Shown here one piece after another: positions 25,780 to 39,174 of a DNA stretch of 64,000 nucleotides. The first letter of the stretch is position 1; the number at the start of each line of letters is the position of its first letter. The notes beneath the pieces are model-generated. The model did not search any database and was not told where the DNA came from. It was given only the letters and a program-made list of their open reading frames with translations. Both the position numbers and the translations under genes were made by a program. Source of the DNA: Octopus vulgaris (taxonomy: Eukaryota); assembly GCA_951406725.2 (NCBI GenBank), contig OX597823.1, forward strand, positions 30,566,001 to 30,630,000, read 5' to 3'.

Positions 25780-25780
25780 A

Positions 25781-25825
<45 letters not shown>

Positions 25826-25947
25826 CACACATGTATATGTATATACATACATATACAGTTACAGCTGTACATATATGTATGTATATATATATATATATAT
25901 ATACACATGTATATGTATATACATACATATACAGTTACAGCTGTACA

Positions 25948-25992
<45 letters not shown>

Positions 25993-26212
25993 GTATATGT
26001 ACATACATATACAGTTACAGCTGTACATATATGTATGTATATATATATATATATATATACACATGTATATGTATATACATACATATACAGTGTACATGTA
26101 TATATATATATATATATATACACATGTATATGTATATACATACATATACAGTTACAGCTGTACATATATATATACACATGTATATGTATATACATACATA
26201 TACAGTTACAGC

Positions 26213-26255
<43 letters not shown>

Positions 26256-26500
26256 GTATATGTATATACATACATATACAGTTACAGCTGTACATATATG
26301 TATATATATATACATGTATATGTATATACATACATATACAGTTACAGCTGTACATATATGTATATATATATATACACACATGTATATGTATATACATACA
26401 TATACACTTACAGCTGTACATATATGTATATATATATATATATACACATGCATACACACGGACATATACATGCGTATATAGTTACAGGTACAGCTGTGTA
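25780..26500. repeat. Compound minisatellite (about 55-75 bp units, about 10 copies)
   Basis: Unit cacatgtatatgtatatacatacatatacagttacagctgtacata followed by variable-length (TA)n. Confidence 0.9.
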
Positions 26501-26959
26501 GTGAAGAGGTTCACTTTGTAACATGGTTTCAGGTTCTGTTCCACTGCTGTATAACACCACAGGGAAACATCTTCAACTACAGCCTCAGACTGAGTCAAGC
26601 CTATCATATGTATATGTATACATGTGTGTGTGTGTGTTTGTCTGTGCATACATGTCTATGCATATGCGTGTGTATGCATATGTCGTTGTCTTGCTTCATG
26701 TGTTAATTGCAGACGAACTTCACCATCCTAGTCATCTGAGCATTTGCAGACATCAGGAAAATATTACCTTGTTTAGAAACACATCAGGTGACAGGAAAAG
26801 CACCATCTTAATGTTAATTTTTCCATGCCTGCATGGAGCAGATAAAATTCTTAATATATATATGCCCCAGCATGGCCGCAGCCTTTGGGCTGAAACATTC
26901 TTAAGGATTTAAGGATTTATATGTACACCTATCTATGTATTAGTGTAAGTATACATGGA

Positions 26960-27126
26960 TACGGGAATGGCTGTGTGGTAAGTAGCTTGCTTACCAACCA
27001 CATGGTTCCAGGTTCAGTCCCACTGCATGACACCTTGGGCGAGTATTTTCTACTATAGCCCTGGGCCGACCAAAGCCTCGTGAGTGGATTTGGTAGGGAA
27101 AAACTGAAAGAAGCCCATCATATATG

Positions 27127-27167
<41 letters not shown>

Positions 27168-27369
27168 TTGTGTTTGTCACCCCACCATCACTTGACAACC
27201 AACGTTGGTGTGTTTACATCCCCATAACTTAGCAATTCTGCAAAAGAGGCCGATAGAATAAGTACTTGGCTTACAAAGAATAAGTCCTGGGGTTGATTCA
27301 TTCGACTAAAGGTGGTGCTCCAGCATGGTCACAGTCAGATGACTGAAACAAGTAAAAGAATAAAAGAAT
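26960..27369 (+). mobile_element. Full-length SINE family A
   Basis: Same architecture as the 24695 copy. Confidence 0.85.
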
Positions 27370-27420
27370 GTGTGTGTGTGTGTGTGTAAATATATGTGTA
27401 GGTATGTACATGTGTGTGCA

Positions 27421-27455
<35 letters not shown>

Positions 27456-27500
27456 AAACAAGTCAAGATAGAAAATGCTAAAATAATTTTATAAAGAACA

Positions 27501-27544
27501 TTTCAGAACCAGTTTCGGTCATTTTGAGACCTTTTCAACTGTAA
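27501..27544 (-). ncRNA. Minimal hammerhead motif, U3-A8 core variant (family H3)
   Basis: Minus strand reads ttacag TTGAAAA GGTC-tcaaaat-GACC GAAA CTGG TT ctgaaa. It lies in a repeat that starts at a (TA)n tract at about 27432. Confidence 0.6.
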
Positions 27545-27743
27545 CGATTAAATAATTAAACTTAGAAAAATCAAAAGAAAAGTTTTGTTAAAAGAATATT
27601 TGTATAGTGTTCAAATATAAGTGGCATTTTCCTTGTTTCTGCCTTTCTCTGTCTCTCTTGTTTGCACTTGTGTGTTCGAGGTCGTTCCTGTCGTTGCTTC
27701 CTAACAACATGGCTCCAGGTTCAGTCCCATCGTGTATATATAT

Positions 27744-27791
<48 letters not shown>

Positions 27792-27814
27792 GTATGTCTG
27801 TATGAAAATATGTA

Positions 27815-28165
27815 TCGTTACCAGCATCGCCTTACTGGCACTTGTGCTGGTGGCACGTGAACAAATATTCGAGTGTGGTCGTTGCCAGTACCGCTGGACT
27901 GGCTCCTGTGCAGGTGGCACGTAAAAAAGCACCATTTGAGCGTGGCCATTGCCACTACTGCCTGACTGGCCCTTATGCAGGTGGCACATGAAAGCACCCA
28001 CTACACTCTCGGAGTCGTTGGCATTAGGAAGGGCATCCAACTGTAGAAACTCTGCCAGATCAAGATTGGAGCCTGGTGCAGCCATCTGGTTCGCCAGTCC
28101 TCAGTCAAATCGTCCAACCCATGCTAGCATGGAAAGCGCACGTTGAACGATGATGATGATAATGA
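27815..28165 (+). mobile_element. RTE-LINE 3' UTR copy
   Basis: Matches 49140-49484 closely and ends in (GAT)n. Confidence 0.85.
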
Positions 28166-28229
28166 TATATAATTTACACACATAGATATGTTTTATATAT
28201 GCATGTATATATATATATATCTTGGTGTG

Positions 28230-28269
<40 letters not shown>

Positions 28270-29269
28270 ATTTACACACTTAGATATGATTTATATATAT
28301 AGTTGAATAGTAGATAAAGTTCTTGGTACAGTATAATATATTTGAAAAAATGAGTAGAGATCTCTCTTCATTTTTTCAAATATATATATGTACGTATGCA
28401 TGTATATATATATATATATTATACACACACACACTCACACATGCAATACATGTGATGGTTTTTGAGTGTGTGTGTGTGTGTAGTGTGTGTTAGTCTTGGT
28501 AGTATGTGTTTAACTGTAGGCTGCTGTTCATATTTGCGTGTGTGTTTGAGTGCAAGATGTCCCTCTTCCTGCCACCCCTTCCTCCCTCCTCGATCCCTTA
28601 GCTTTCCGTGAATCAGCTGATCGCTGGGAACTGATAAACCAACAGAATGTTGCTTCCACTACAACACTCTTCAACTGTTAACAAGTGTGTGTCCGTAAGT
28701 GTGTGGGTGTGTTTGTGTGGTAGCTCAGTGGTGGTGGTGGTGGTGGTATTAACCCCCTAGTCTAGTCCTGGCAGTGCTCACTTCTATATGATCATGGGCA
28801 TTGCATCCATGACCATCCTGCCTTTTTGCCTGTGTACAGTGAACCACAGTGCACTATGTATCAAATGAGTCCTTTTCTATGACAGGAGAACATGATTCGA
28901 GGGAATTTAACTGCTGTTTCTAGCGAGTTCCATGACCACATAGAGGCTCCCTTGTTGGCTTGTTTGTAGGCTATTTAGCAATGTGTGAACAGATGTGACA
29001 ACTGTGATGGCCACAGTGGTTGTGTTGATGGTAGTTATGATGATGATGATGACGATGACGGCAACGATGATGATGATAATGATGACAACAATGATGGTCT
29101 TAATAATGATGACAACAATTATCATGATGATGATGATGATGGTCATGGATAGTTGCTGGTGGTGATGGTGATGGTGAATGTTTGTGTTGACTCAACACCT
29201 ACACACACTGTTAGACTGTTTATGTATGAACATATGTAGCTGCACACGCATACATTCATATTCAACCAT

Positions 29270-29305
<36 letters not shown>

Positions 29306-29369
29306 CCTCAGCCATGCATGCATGCACACCTTTATATACGCATTCACAGCCACATATACATAGCAACAC

Positions 29370-29940
29370 AGGCACAGGTACATAACTTATTTACAGTCTC
29401 ACTCATTTACACACACACACAAACACACACACTACAGGTACATTTGCATTCAGTCACGTAAATACACACACACAGGTACACAGACACACACACACAACTA
29501 CACACACACAGGTACACAGACACTCATACACACACACACACTACGTATACATTCAGTCACACAACTACACACACACAGGTACACAGACACTCATAACACA
29601 CACAAACACACACTACAGGTACATATGCATTCAGTCACGTAAATACACACACACAGGTACACAGACACACACAACTACACACACACAGGTACACACACAC
29701 ACACACTACAGGTATATATGCATTCAGTCACGTAAGTACACACACACAGATACACAGACACTCATACACACACTCACTACGTATACATTCAGTCACACAG
29801 GTACACACTCAGAGGTACACAGACACACACACACACACACACACTACAGGTACATATGCATTCAGTCACATAAATACACACACACACAGGTACACAGACA
29901 CACACACACACACTACATATACATTCAGTCACACACACAT
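29370..29940. repeat. CA-based compound minisatellite
   Basis: Recurrent motifs cactacaggtacatatgcattcagtcacgtaaata and caggtacacagacac separated by (CA)n. Confidence 0.85.
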
Positions 29941-30329
29941 ACAACTGCATTTACATAAATACACACGCCTTAAAGAATGCAAGACATACAACTTGTTACA
30001 TTACCAATTATTGAAAAAGTCCTGTGACTGGCACATGATCTTGGCCAAGTGTGGTGGTGTGGTGGTGGTGTATAGGGTTATAAGGATTTTGCTGTTTAGC
30101 CCTAGGTAAGCCCCAATCAAACAGACCTACGATCACGAGCATTCCATCTGCAGCGCCATCTCATTTTTTCCCCCCTTATTTCTGTATAGGGGGAAAAAAA
30201 ACGTCATACAGCCATATCACATGGGCCATTTTGTAAGATGGTGGATGCAATTTGAAGGAGAACTGGCTGCTATTTCTTGCAGATTATGTAACCATACAGA
30301 GGTTCACTAAGCTTAGTGTAGCGATGTTG

Positions 30330-30342
30330 AGGGTGGTGGTGG

Positions 30343-30373
<31 letters not shown>

Positions 30374-30730
30374 GGTGGTGGTGGTGGTAGTGGTGGTGGT
30401 GGTGGTGGTGGCAGCAGTGGTAATTGTGTTGAAGTTGTCAGCAGTGAGGGTGGTGGTTTTGGTGCTGTTAATGGTTTTGCTGGTGTTGGAGTTGACGGAT
30501 AATGGAGGGTGGGGGGAAGGGGTCGTCATTGTATCGGTGAAAGCAGTGTTGCAGTTGTGGCGTTGGTGATATTGGAGTAGGACATTGTGCCAGTGGTGGA
30601 ATGATGCCATAAGTGGTTTTGGTGATGGTGGTGGTAGTGGTAGTGGCTATAAATGTATTGGTGGTGGTAATAGTAAGCTGTGTTGATATATGTGTTGGTG
30701 GTGGTGGTGGTGGTGCAGTTATGGTTTGGG
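30330..30730. repeat. (GGT)n-rich microsatellite/low-complexity region
   Basis: Direct inspection. Confidence 0.85.
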
Positions 30731-33439
30731 TGGAAGTGGCTGTGATGGTGAGGGTTGCAATAATGGTTATAATGCCATCCTTTCAAAATAGTTCTATTGT
30801 TGCATCTACCATTATGTTGCATGGAGGGTTTAGTACAAGGCTGTTGTTCTGTAAAAGCTTATGTATGTGTGAATGTGAGGGTAGAGGGAGGAGTGATATG
30901 TTGAGAAGGAGGTGTTGTGGGTATTGGGTGGGTGGGTGTGGAAGGAATAGGAGGTGTGGGTTCTTTCAAAATTTAAAATAAAATCAGTGAAGTATGGTGG
31001 AATTCTTTCAGAACAACTACTGTCTGGCTGGTACCCTTTTCTTAGTTACCTGTGAATCATCCCTACAGCAGCAACAACAACAATAATTATTTCAAATTTT
31101 TGCCACAAGGGCAACTTGTAGGAGGTAGGGATGAGTTGATTATATCAACCCCAGTACTCAACTGGTATTTGGCTGACCGGTAACGATTTTTTTCTGCAAT
31201 ATATGGATAGTTTATCCTGTTCATGCTATTGTAATAACATTAGTATGTGTTTGAAACTAAATTATTTCTCTATCTTTGTATATAAATAATTTAAAATGCA
31301 ATGTTCTAATACAAGGACAGCTACCTAGAGCCAGTTGAGGGACCACGCAAATCCAAAATTACTCTGACTACCAAGGGCAGGTGCCTCTTTCCCGGCTGTT
31401 TCTTCAGCTTGAAGGTGCAATGCTGAGAGTAGACTTATTCCTGAGGGTCATTCTCACCACTGTCTGTCTTTTAGAAAATCTTTTGTAAGGAAAACTGCTT
31501 ACCCTTCACAGCTAGAGGAAATTGGTCTCACCTAATAGCTACATCCATATGGCATGTGGCAACAACTGTTTGACATTACTCCTCAAGTCATCAATGCTCG
31601 AACACTAAATAAAAATGCTGTTGAAATAACTTCATTATCCTCCAAGAAGTCTGACTAATAGCAGTATTGTGTCTGTAGAGTTTATTTCAAATCATTAATG
31701 CTTCCACCCACCCTTGTAGCACTGACAGGTCAAGGATTCCTAGATGCTATCCATGGTTCCTAAGATGAAAGTTCTCTGAAATGAATGGTTAAGTCAATCT
31801 TCAGCAATCCTTAGAGTCTCCCCAATAAGGTGGTCGTTGATGCCCACCAATAATTTTCTGCAAAAGACAGGCTGATCTCCTTACAATCACATTGCCATCT
31901 GGCCTTAGAAAATCTGCCACAGTGAATTCCATCTGACTCATGCAAGCATGGAAAAGTACACATCAAAACAATGACGATGATCATCATCATGATATATGTA
32001 TTTATTAATTTATATATGTAGTTATATATATAAGCTATCAAACTTTAATTGATGGATCACTCTCTATATGTAATCCTTTCGATACCAGCCTGCTTGAGAC
32101 TGCCTGTGGTTCTTTGGTACAAACTTCTTATTTTAAAATGGTCTCAATTAAAACATTCCATTAAAATTTCATTTTAATTTATGTACCAAACACCAGCTTA
32201 TAAATTGCAAGGATTTTTTACAAAATTCTTCATAATTTTCAAAATTAAAACAGAGATAGAGAATCTCTGTAGAAATGTGGTATCAAGAGGACTGAAGTAG
32301 ACTATATCACATTTAATTTTGCAAAGGAAAGGTTGATAGTGACTTCAAAGAATCACCAGTTGTTAGCTCCATCAGATTGTCTGGCAAAGCCAACAACAAT
32401 CTGTGAAACTTTGAGGTCACAGTCAACCTTTTGCTTGTAAAATATACATATCTCTTTTATCATTTACTTGCATCAGTTACTGGACTGTAGCCATTTTAGG
32501 ACACCAAGTTAAAGGGTTTAGTCAAACAAATTGTTATTTTTTTTTTAAGCCTGATGTTTATTCTATCAAATCCATTTGCTGAATCACTAAGTTACAAAGA
32601 TGTGAGCAAACCAGCATCATTTGTTAAGGAGTGGTGATAGACAAATGTACAAACACACACACACATGATTGGACTTCCACACAATTTCCAGCTACCAAAT
32701 TCACTCAAAAAGGCATTGGTCACCCCTGGTCTATTGTAGAAGACACATGCCCAAGTTGCCACACTGTAAAATTGAACCCGAAACTACATGATCACAAAGC
32801 AGACTTCATAACCACACAGCCATGTCTACACCTAACATATCTATATACATACATATCATCATCATCATCATCCATTTTCTATACTGGCATGGGTTGGAAG
32901 GTTTGACTGAGGTCTGGCAAGCCAGTGGCTGCACCAGACTCCGATCTGATCTGGCAATGTTTCTACAGCTGGATGCCCTTCCTAATGCCAACCACTCCAA
33001 GGCCAGTCAAGCTGTCTTGGCATTGATCATGTTTGGATGGTGCTTTTTATGTGTCACTGGCATGGGAGCCAGTCAGGGGCCACTGGCATCACCCACGTTT
33101 AGATGATGCTTATATATATATATAATATGTGTGTGTGGTTGCGTGTGTATATATATATATATATGTATGTATGTATGTATCTAAGTTGAACTCAGAACAT
33201 AGTGACAGGTGAAATACCACTAAGCATTTCATCCAGCATGCTAACGATTCTGCTAGCTTGCCACCTTAGCAATAATAATGATACCAGGTGAGGGGGGGTA
33301 CTGTTTGTCAAGTCCCTGTCTAAGATCCTCATTGTGACTTGACAAACAGTACAAACTCCTGGTAGATGCAATATCTTCAATCAACAACCTCATGATATTG
33401 TATACTCTGCGATACTCTTTTTTTTCTCTTTTTTTTTAC

Positions 33440-33781
33440 TCTTTTACTTGTTTCAGTCATTTGCCTGCGGCCATGCTGGAGCAACGCCTTTAATCGGGCA
33501 ACTCGACCCCGGGACTTATTCTTTTTGTAAGCCCAGTACTTATTCTATCGGTCTCTTTTGCCGAACACAGACACACAACACACACATGCATATATATATA
33601 TATATATATATATACACGACAGGCTTCTTTCAGTTTCCGTCTACCAAATCCACTCACAGGGCTTTGGTCGGCCCGAGGCTATAGTAGAAGACACTTGCCC
33701 AAAGTGCCACGCAGTGGGACTGAACCCAGAACCATGTGGTTGGTAAACAAGCTACTTACCACACAGCCACTCTTGCGCCTA
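33440..33781 (-). mobile_element. SINE family A
   Basis: ttttacttgtttcagtcatt at the left end and accacacagccactcttgcgcct at the right. Confidence 0.85.
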
Positions 33782-33863
33782 TGTCTACAATAATGATAAT
33801 AATAATAATAATAATAATGATGGTGATGATGATAATGATAACAGTAATAATAATAACCTAATT

Positions 33864-34078
33864 AAGGCGGTGAGCTGGCAGAAATGTTAGCACACCAGGC
33901 GAAATGCTTAACAGTATTTCATCTGTCTTTACATTCTGAGTACAAATTCCACTAAGGTCGACTTTGCTTTTCATCCTTTTGGAGTCAATAAATTAAGTAC
34001 CTGTTGCATACTGGGATCAATCTAATTGACTGGCCCCCTTCCCCAAAATTTGGGGCTTTGTGCCTAGAGTAGAAAAGA
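33864..34078 (+). mobile_element. Full-length SINE family B
   Basis: aaggcggtgagctggcagaa head, ctttcatccttttggagtcaataaattaagtacc body and ttgtgcctagagtagaaaag tail. Confidence 0.8.
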
Positions 34079-34631
34079 GTAACGACCTAATTATAAATTT
34101 ATATTTACCTTTATATTCATTTATTCTAAAAGTAGAAATCTTTTAATTACTTTTTAAATAAATTTTTTTTATTACCGTTCCCCTAATTCCCACCCCATCC
34201 TCAATCCACTCCAAGAGAGTTGTTAAGTTTTTTACAAGGGTTTCTTGAAAAAGGATCAGAAAATCTTTGTTTGAAATTCATAGCTTTTTATAACTCATAT
34301 ATTTTATTTGAACTGCTTTGTATACCATATATGAGGGTGGGATATGGATTATCTTGCGGTGGCTGGGGGATGGTATGGTGTGGTTTTTGTTTGGAAATTG
34401 TGTGTTTGGGGGCATGTCAGTTGTGGTTATGATTGTGCTGTACATTTGTGTATGGTAATGTAGAATGCACCATTTTTCTAGACTGATTGCATGTGAAAGA
34501 TGATTGCATCCTTTCTAATAAGTTTCAACTTTGCCAGTATCATCGCTACCCACTAATACCCTCCTCTGCTCCATCAAACTGACGCACTGCATCAGTGCTG
34601 CAGGGATTCAGCGGTTAAGTAAAGTTGACAA

Positions 34632-34776
34632 TGATAGATTGATAAGTAAATAAACAGATAGATAGACAGACAGACATACAAATATAGAAAGATAGATAGA
34701 TAGATAGACAGATCTAAATAGATAGGTAGACAGACATAGATAGATAGGTAGATAGGTAGATAGATAGATAGATAGG

Positions 34777-34813
<37 letters not shown>

Positions 34814-34934
34814 CTAGATAGATAGGTAGACAGATATAAATAGATAGATAGATAGACAGACAGGGATAGGTAGACAGATATAGATAAACAGATAGATACA
34901 GACAGACAGATAGATAGATAGATAGACAGATAGG

Positions 34935-34966
<32 letters not shown>

Positions 34967-34995
34967 TGGATGATAGATAGACATGGATGGATGGA
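34632..34995. repeat. (GATA/GACA)n microsatellite
   Basis: Direct inspection. Confidence 0.9.
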
Positions 34996-35729
34996 TTGTT
35001 AATCTATATTTATATTCTGCTCACTAAATCACATAGGTCAGACTAATATAATCCAACAGTCTTATAGATTAGATTAATGTGACCCAACACAATCAAGGAG
35101 GTCAATTAGATCAGCATTTTGTCTGATTCTGAGCTATTTCTACCATTCACTACCATTATTATTGATTCAGCAAACCAATGATCAAACGTGTTCTAACCAT
35201 GACCACCCCCTTTCCTTTTTTAGAGTTTGATTTAGCGGTTTGGCTTGTATTTCTAGCAACCATATAGATCCTACTTTTTTGCATCATAATAACTAAATTG
35301 TTGTTGCAAATCCAATAATATATGATTGAGTGCATTCCAGCTATGACCATCCTGTCTTTTGTTTAGGCATAATATATCTTGGGGTACATTATCCACTATT
35401 ATTTTCAGTTATGACAGCATACTTCACACTATATAGTGTGCTTAGAAACACACTGTTGTCACCCTATGTCAGCTCTGATCAAGTATACTCATGATTAAAA
35501 AGAATCCAACCATGACCATCATGTTTTAATTTGTTTTTGTGTTCTAACTTTATATTATTCAATTTGTATTTTTATTTTATTTTTGGAGAAATATTATGAG
35601 TAAGACTTGTCTGTTATTTCTAGCAGATTGAGTGACTGTACAGAGGTTTCCTTGTAACCAGTCCATTACATGGTATTTAAGTAATAAGGGCCAACATAAA
35701 TGCCCTTTTATCTCCTACACAACCTTAAA

Positions 35730-36103
35730 CAGTGGTTGTGTGGTAAGAAGCTTGCTTCCCAACCATATGATTCCGGGTTCAGTCCCACTGCGTGTCACCT
35801 TTGGCAAGTGTCTTCTACTATAGCCTTGGGCTGACCAAAACCTTGTGAGTGGATTTCGTTGATGGAAACTGAAAGAAGCCTGTCGTATGTGTGTGTGTGT
35901 TTGTCCCCCCACCCATCGCTTGTCAATTGGTGTTGGTTTGTTTACGTCCCCATAACTTAACAGTTCAGAAAAGTGACCAATACAATAATACAATAAGTGC
36001 CAAGCTTACAAGGAATAAGTCCTGGGATTAATTTGCTCGACTAAAGGCAGTGCTCCAGCATGGCCACAGTCAAATAACTGAAAAGAATGAAAGAATAAAA
36101 GAA
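35730..36103 (+). mobile_element. SINE family A
   Basis: Head through gactgaa/gaataaaagaat tail. Confidence 0.8.
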
Positions 36104-36177
36104 TATATATATGTATATATCTATATATAAATCTATATATGTGTGTGTATTATGCGTGTGTGTGTGTATATATATAT

Positions 36178-36226
<49 letters not shown>

Positions 36227-36251
36227 CATGGGTTGGGCGGTAAGAAAGGCA

Positions 36252-36294
36252 TTCCCATGCCGGAAATCGAACCCGGGCCGCCTGAGTGAAAGCC
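36252..36294 (-). pseudogene. tRNA-Glu(TTC)-like 3' half, part of an inverted retrocopy
   Basis: Minus strand GGCTTTCACTCAGGCGGCCCGGGTTCGATTTCCGGCATGGGAA resembles the metazoan tRNA-Glu anticodon loop, T arm and acceptor 3' strand. The 5' half is absent. Confidence 0.75.
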
Positions 36295-36384
36295 TGCTAG
36301 CATGGAAAACGGACGTTAAACGATGATGATGATGATATGTATATATAAGCATATATATATATATATATATGTGCATATATATAC

Positions 36385-36417
<33 letters not shown>

Positions 36418-36472
36418 CATACATATATATGTTTGTATACATATATTTATATACATATTTTGTATACATACA

Positions 36473-36514
<42 letters not shown>

Positions 36515-36865
36515 CAACATTCCATGCATGTACCAATTATTGTTCTGTCCTCAACACCCACCCACCTACCCCCACCCACCCTCCAATCTGTTATGATATT
36601 CCTTGTTATTCTCTCATTCATCATTAAAATATCGTCATGAATGAGGTCTTCGTTTTTGTCTCTTTATTCTTCAGAAATACACAAAAAAGCCAAAATTATT
36701 CCATCATACAACAAAACCTTCATGTTTTATCATCATTATTATCTCTTTTATTGCGCATTTTAGTTTCCAATTTTTCTTTCTTTTTTTTATCATTTTGGTT
36801 CTGGCTTTCTTCTTTGTTTTGTTTTTGTTCTCTCTCTCTCTCTCCCTCTCTCTCCCTCTCTCCCT

Positions 36866-36897
<32 letters not shown>

Positions 36898-37204
36898 TTC
36901 AAAATATCAAAAGGTATGGCTGATTATTAAAAATCTCTTGATTTGGCAAACACAGAAAGTCAATTCCATTATTCATGTATTTATTTATTTATTTACTAAA
37001 AGTCAGATGAATAACTAACTAGCCTCCCTCTGCCTGCCTCCTTCCCTCCCATTATATTACTGGTACTCTTACTTGTTTTGTTAAAACCTCGAATTAGAAA
37101 AGAGAAATCGACCCAGGCTGGATATGAACCGAGAATGCAGCAGCAGCAGGACTAAACACCATACTGCTTCAATTACCCTTCCACATTGCAGGTACATTTG
37201 TTCG

Positions 37205-37368
37205 CGTCATCATCGTCATCACTACTACCACCGCCACCACCATCATCATCACCACCGCCATCACCACCACCATCATCATTGTCATCATCACCACCACCAT
37301 TATCATCATCATTGTCACCATCATCATCATCATCATCACCACCATCATCATCATCATCATCATCATTC
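37205..37368. repeat. (CAT/CAC)n microsatellite
   Basis: Direct inspection. Similar tracts occur at 39478-39677, 43697-43890, 44270-44470 (GAT) and 61700-61770. Confidence 0.9.
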
Positions 37369-37525
37369 ATAACTTTGGCATTTCCATGGTTGTGTGGTTT
37401 GGACAGGTTGGCACCATGGTTCTCCGTCTCAGAGAACATTAGCTTGCTGAATTAATAGGCAACTGAATTTCTTTCAATCAACACATTGCCGGTTCAACTT
37501 TTGTCACTGCCTCTTCATTGTGTAT

Positions 37526-37772
37526 GGAAAGTGCATGGTTTAGTGGTTAGGGTGTTGGACTCATGATCATAAGATTGTGGTTTCGATTCCTGGTCTGGCT
37601 GATGCATTGTGTCCATGAGCAAAATCCTTCATTTCACATTGCCCCAGTTCACTCAGCTGGCAAAAAAGAGCAACCCTGCGAGGGACTGGCATCCCATCCA
37701 GGTGAGTTAATATATACGCAGTGAAACCAAGAAACCAGCCCTTATTAGTCAGCATCACTTAAGAAGGTAACT
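37526..37772 (+). mobile_element. tRNA-derived SINE family C
   Basis: A-box tggtttagtggttag, B-box ggtttcgattcc, CORE-like ttgtgtccatgagcaa and tail aaccctgcgagggactggcatcccatccagg. Confidence 0.7.
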
Positions 37773-38087
37773 TTACCATTTTTTGACCATGGTTTGCTGC
37801 CAGTCTCTCAATCATGTGTTATTTCATCCGTGAAGCTCAGCATCTGCCTCAACAAATTCCATCTAATCCATGAAAGCATTAAAGAGTCATCGTTATCATC
37901 ATTTAACGTCCGTTGTCCATACTGGCATGGTTGGAGAGTTTGACTGGGTTGGCACACTGGAAGGCTGTGCCAGACTCCAGTCGACCTGGCTTCATGAGGT
38001 TGCGAAACATTTGTATGTGGCAGCCTGAACCATTTATTTATTTATTAGACAGGGAAGAGAACAGATTTATTTTGATCCATATAAGAC

Positions 38088-38121
<34 letters not shown>

Positions 38122-38693
38122 GTGAGTAAAGCTGCTATCTCCTCAGGGAGAGGTTTATTTTTATATTGAAGTTATCATGGCCATCTGTTCAGCATTCTAT
38201 TTTCTCATTTTGCTTTGTTTATATTTTTTCTTCCTTTTAAGAAAAGCATAAGGTAAATTGTTTTGTTAATTGCCAATTAATTAAATACAGCGATGATGAT
38301 ATCCCGTATTAGGATCATCTACATAAGAAGCTGTCAACTAGAGCTAAACCGGTATGTATTTTTATTAAGTGCTCCAGATTAGAAACTTACTTTATATTAG
38401 ACAGAAATAACAGATACAGGATGTAAGGGCCAAATCTGTGGGGACAACCTCTCTGGTACTTGGAATTACCATAGAAATACTTATAACCATTAATAATCTT
38501 TTATCTGCAGAAGTTCTTCTGATACAAATCGGAAGACGCCTTCAAGCCTGCTTTCACAAATAAAACCATGTTTTATTTTCTTTCTTTTTTTCTGCTTTGT
38601 TTTATGTTTTCTTTCATTGACTGTAGCAATTTAATCATTTTGATACCAACCCACCAGAAACTTCCCCTATTTCTATGATACAAATTCCCTTTT

Positions 38694-38922
38694 TTAACCC
38701 TTTTGTTACCAACCCGGTTGAAACCGGTTCTGGCTCTGAGTACAAATGTTTTGTTTGTATAAGTTTTGAATTAAAATCTTCCACCAAACCTTAGTCACAA
38801 TTTATGTTCCTAACACCAGCTTAATGATAACTAAGTTATTTTACTAAATTCTTTGTTATATTTAAAATTAATTGAAAGAAACACAGAGCATCTCAACAGA
38901 AATATAGTAACAAAAGGGTTAA
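38694..38922. mobile_element. piggyBac-like MITE
   Basis: TTAA-cccttttgttac at the left end and gtaacaaaaggg-TTAA at the right. Confidence 0.85.
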
Positions 38923-38945
38923 AATGCATAATAGAGAACCAATTC

Positions 38946-39174
38946 TTAACCCTTTTGATACCAACCTGGTTAAAACTACCTCTGGCTCTGTATTACAAAT
39001 GTCTTGTTTTCATAAGTTTTGAATTAAAATCTTCCACCAAATCTTAGTCACAATTTATGTTCCTAACACTAGCTGAATGATAAATAAGTTATTTTACTAA
39101 ATTCTTTGTTATATTTAAAATTAATTGTAATAAACACAGAGTATCTCTAAATAAATATGGTAATAAAAGGTTAA
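38946..39174. mobile_element. piggyBac-like MITE, second tandem copy
   Basis: TTAA-cccttttgatacc at the left end and ggtaataaaagg-TTAA at the right. The body matches the 38694 copy. Confidence 0.85.

Noticed and set aside
25699-26521. Long ORFs (up to 237 aa) rich in Y/I/C/M
   Set aside because: They are translations of TA/TG microsatellite and minisatellite sequence, open in many frames on both strands.
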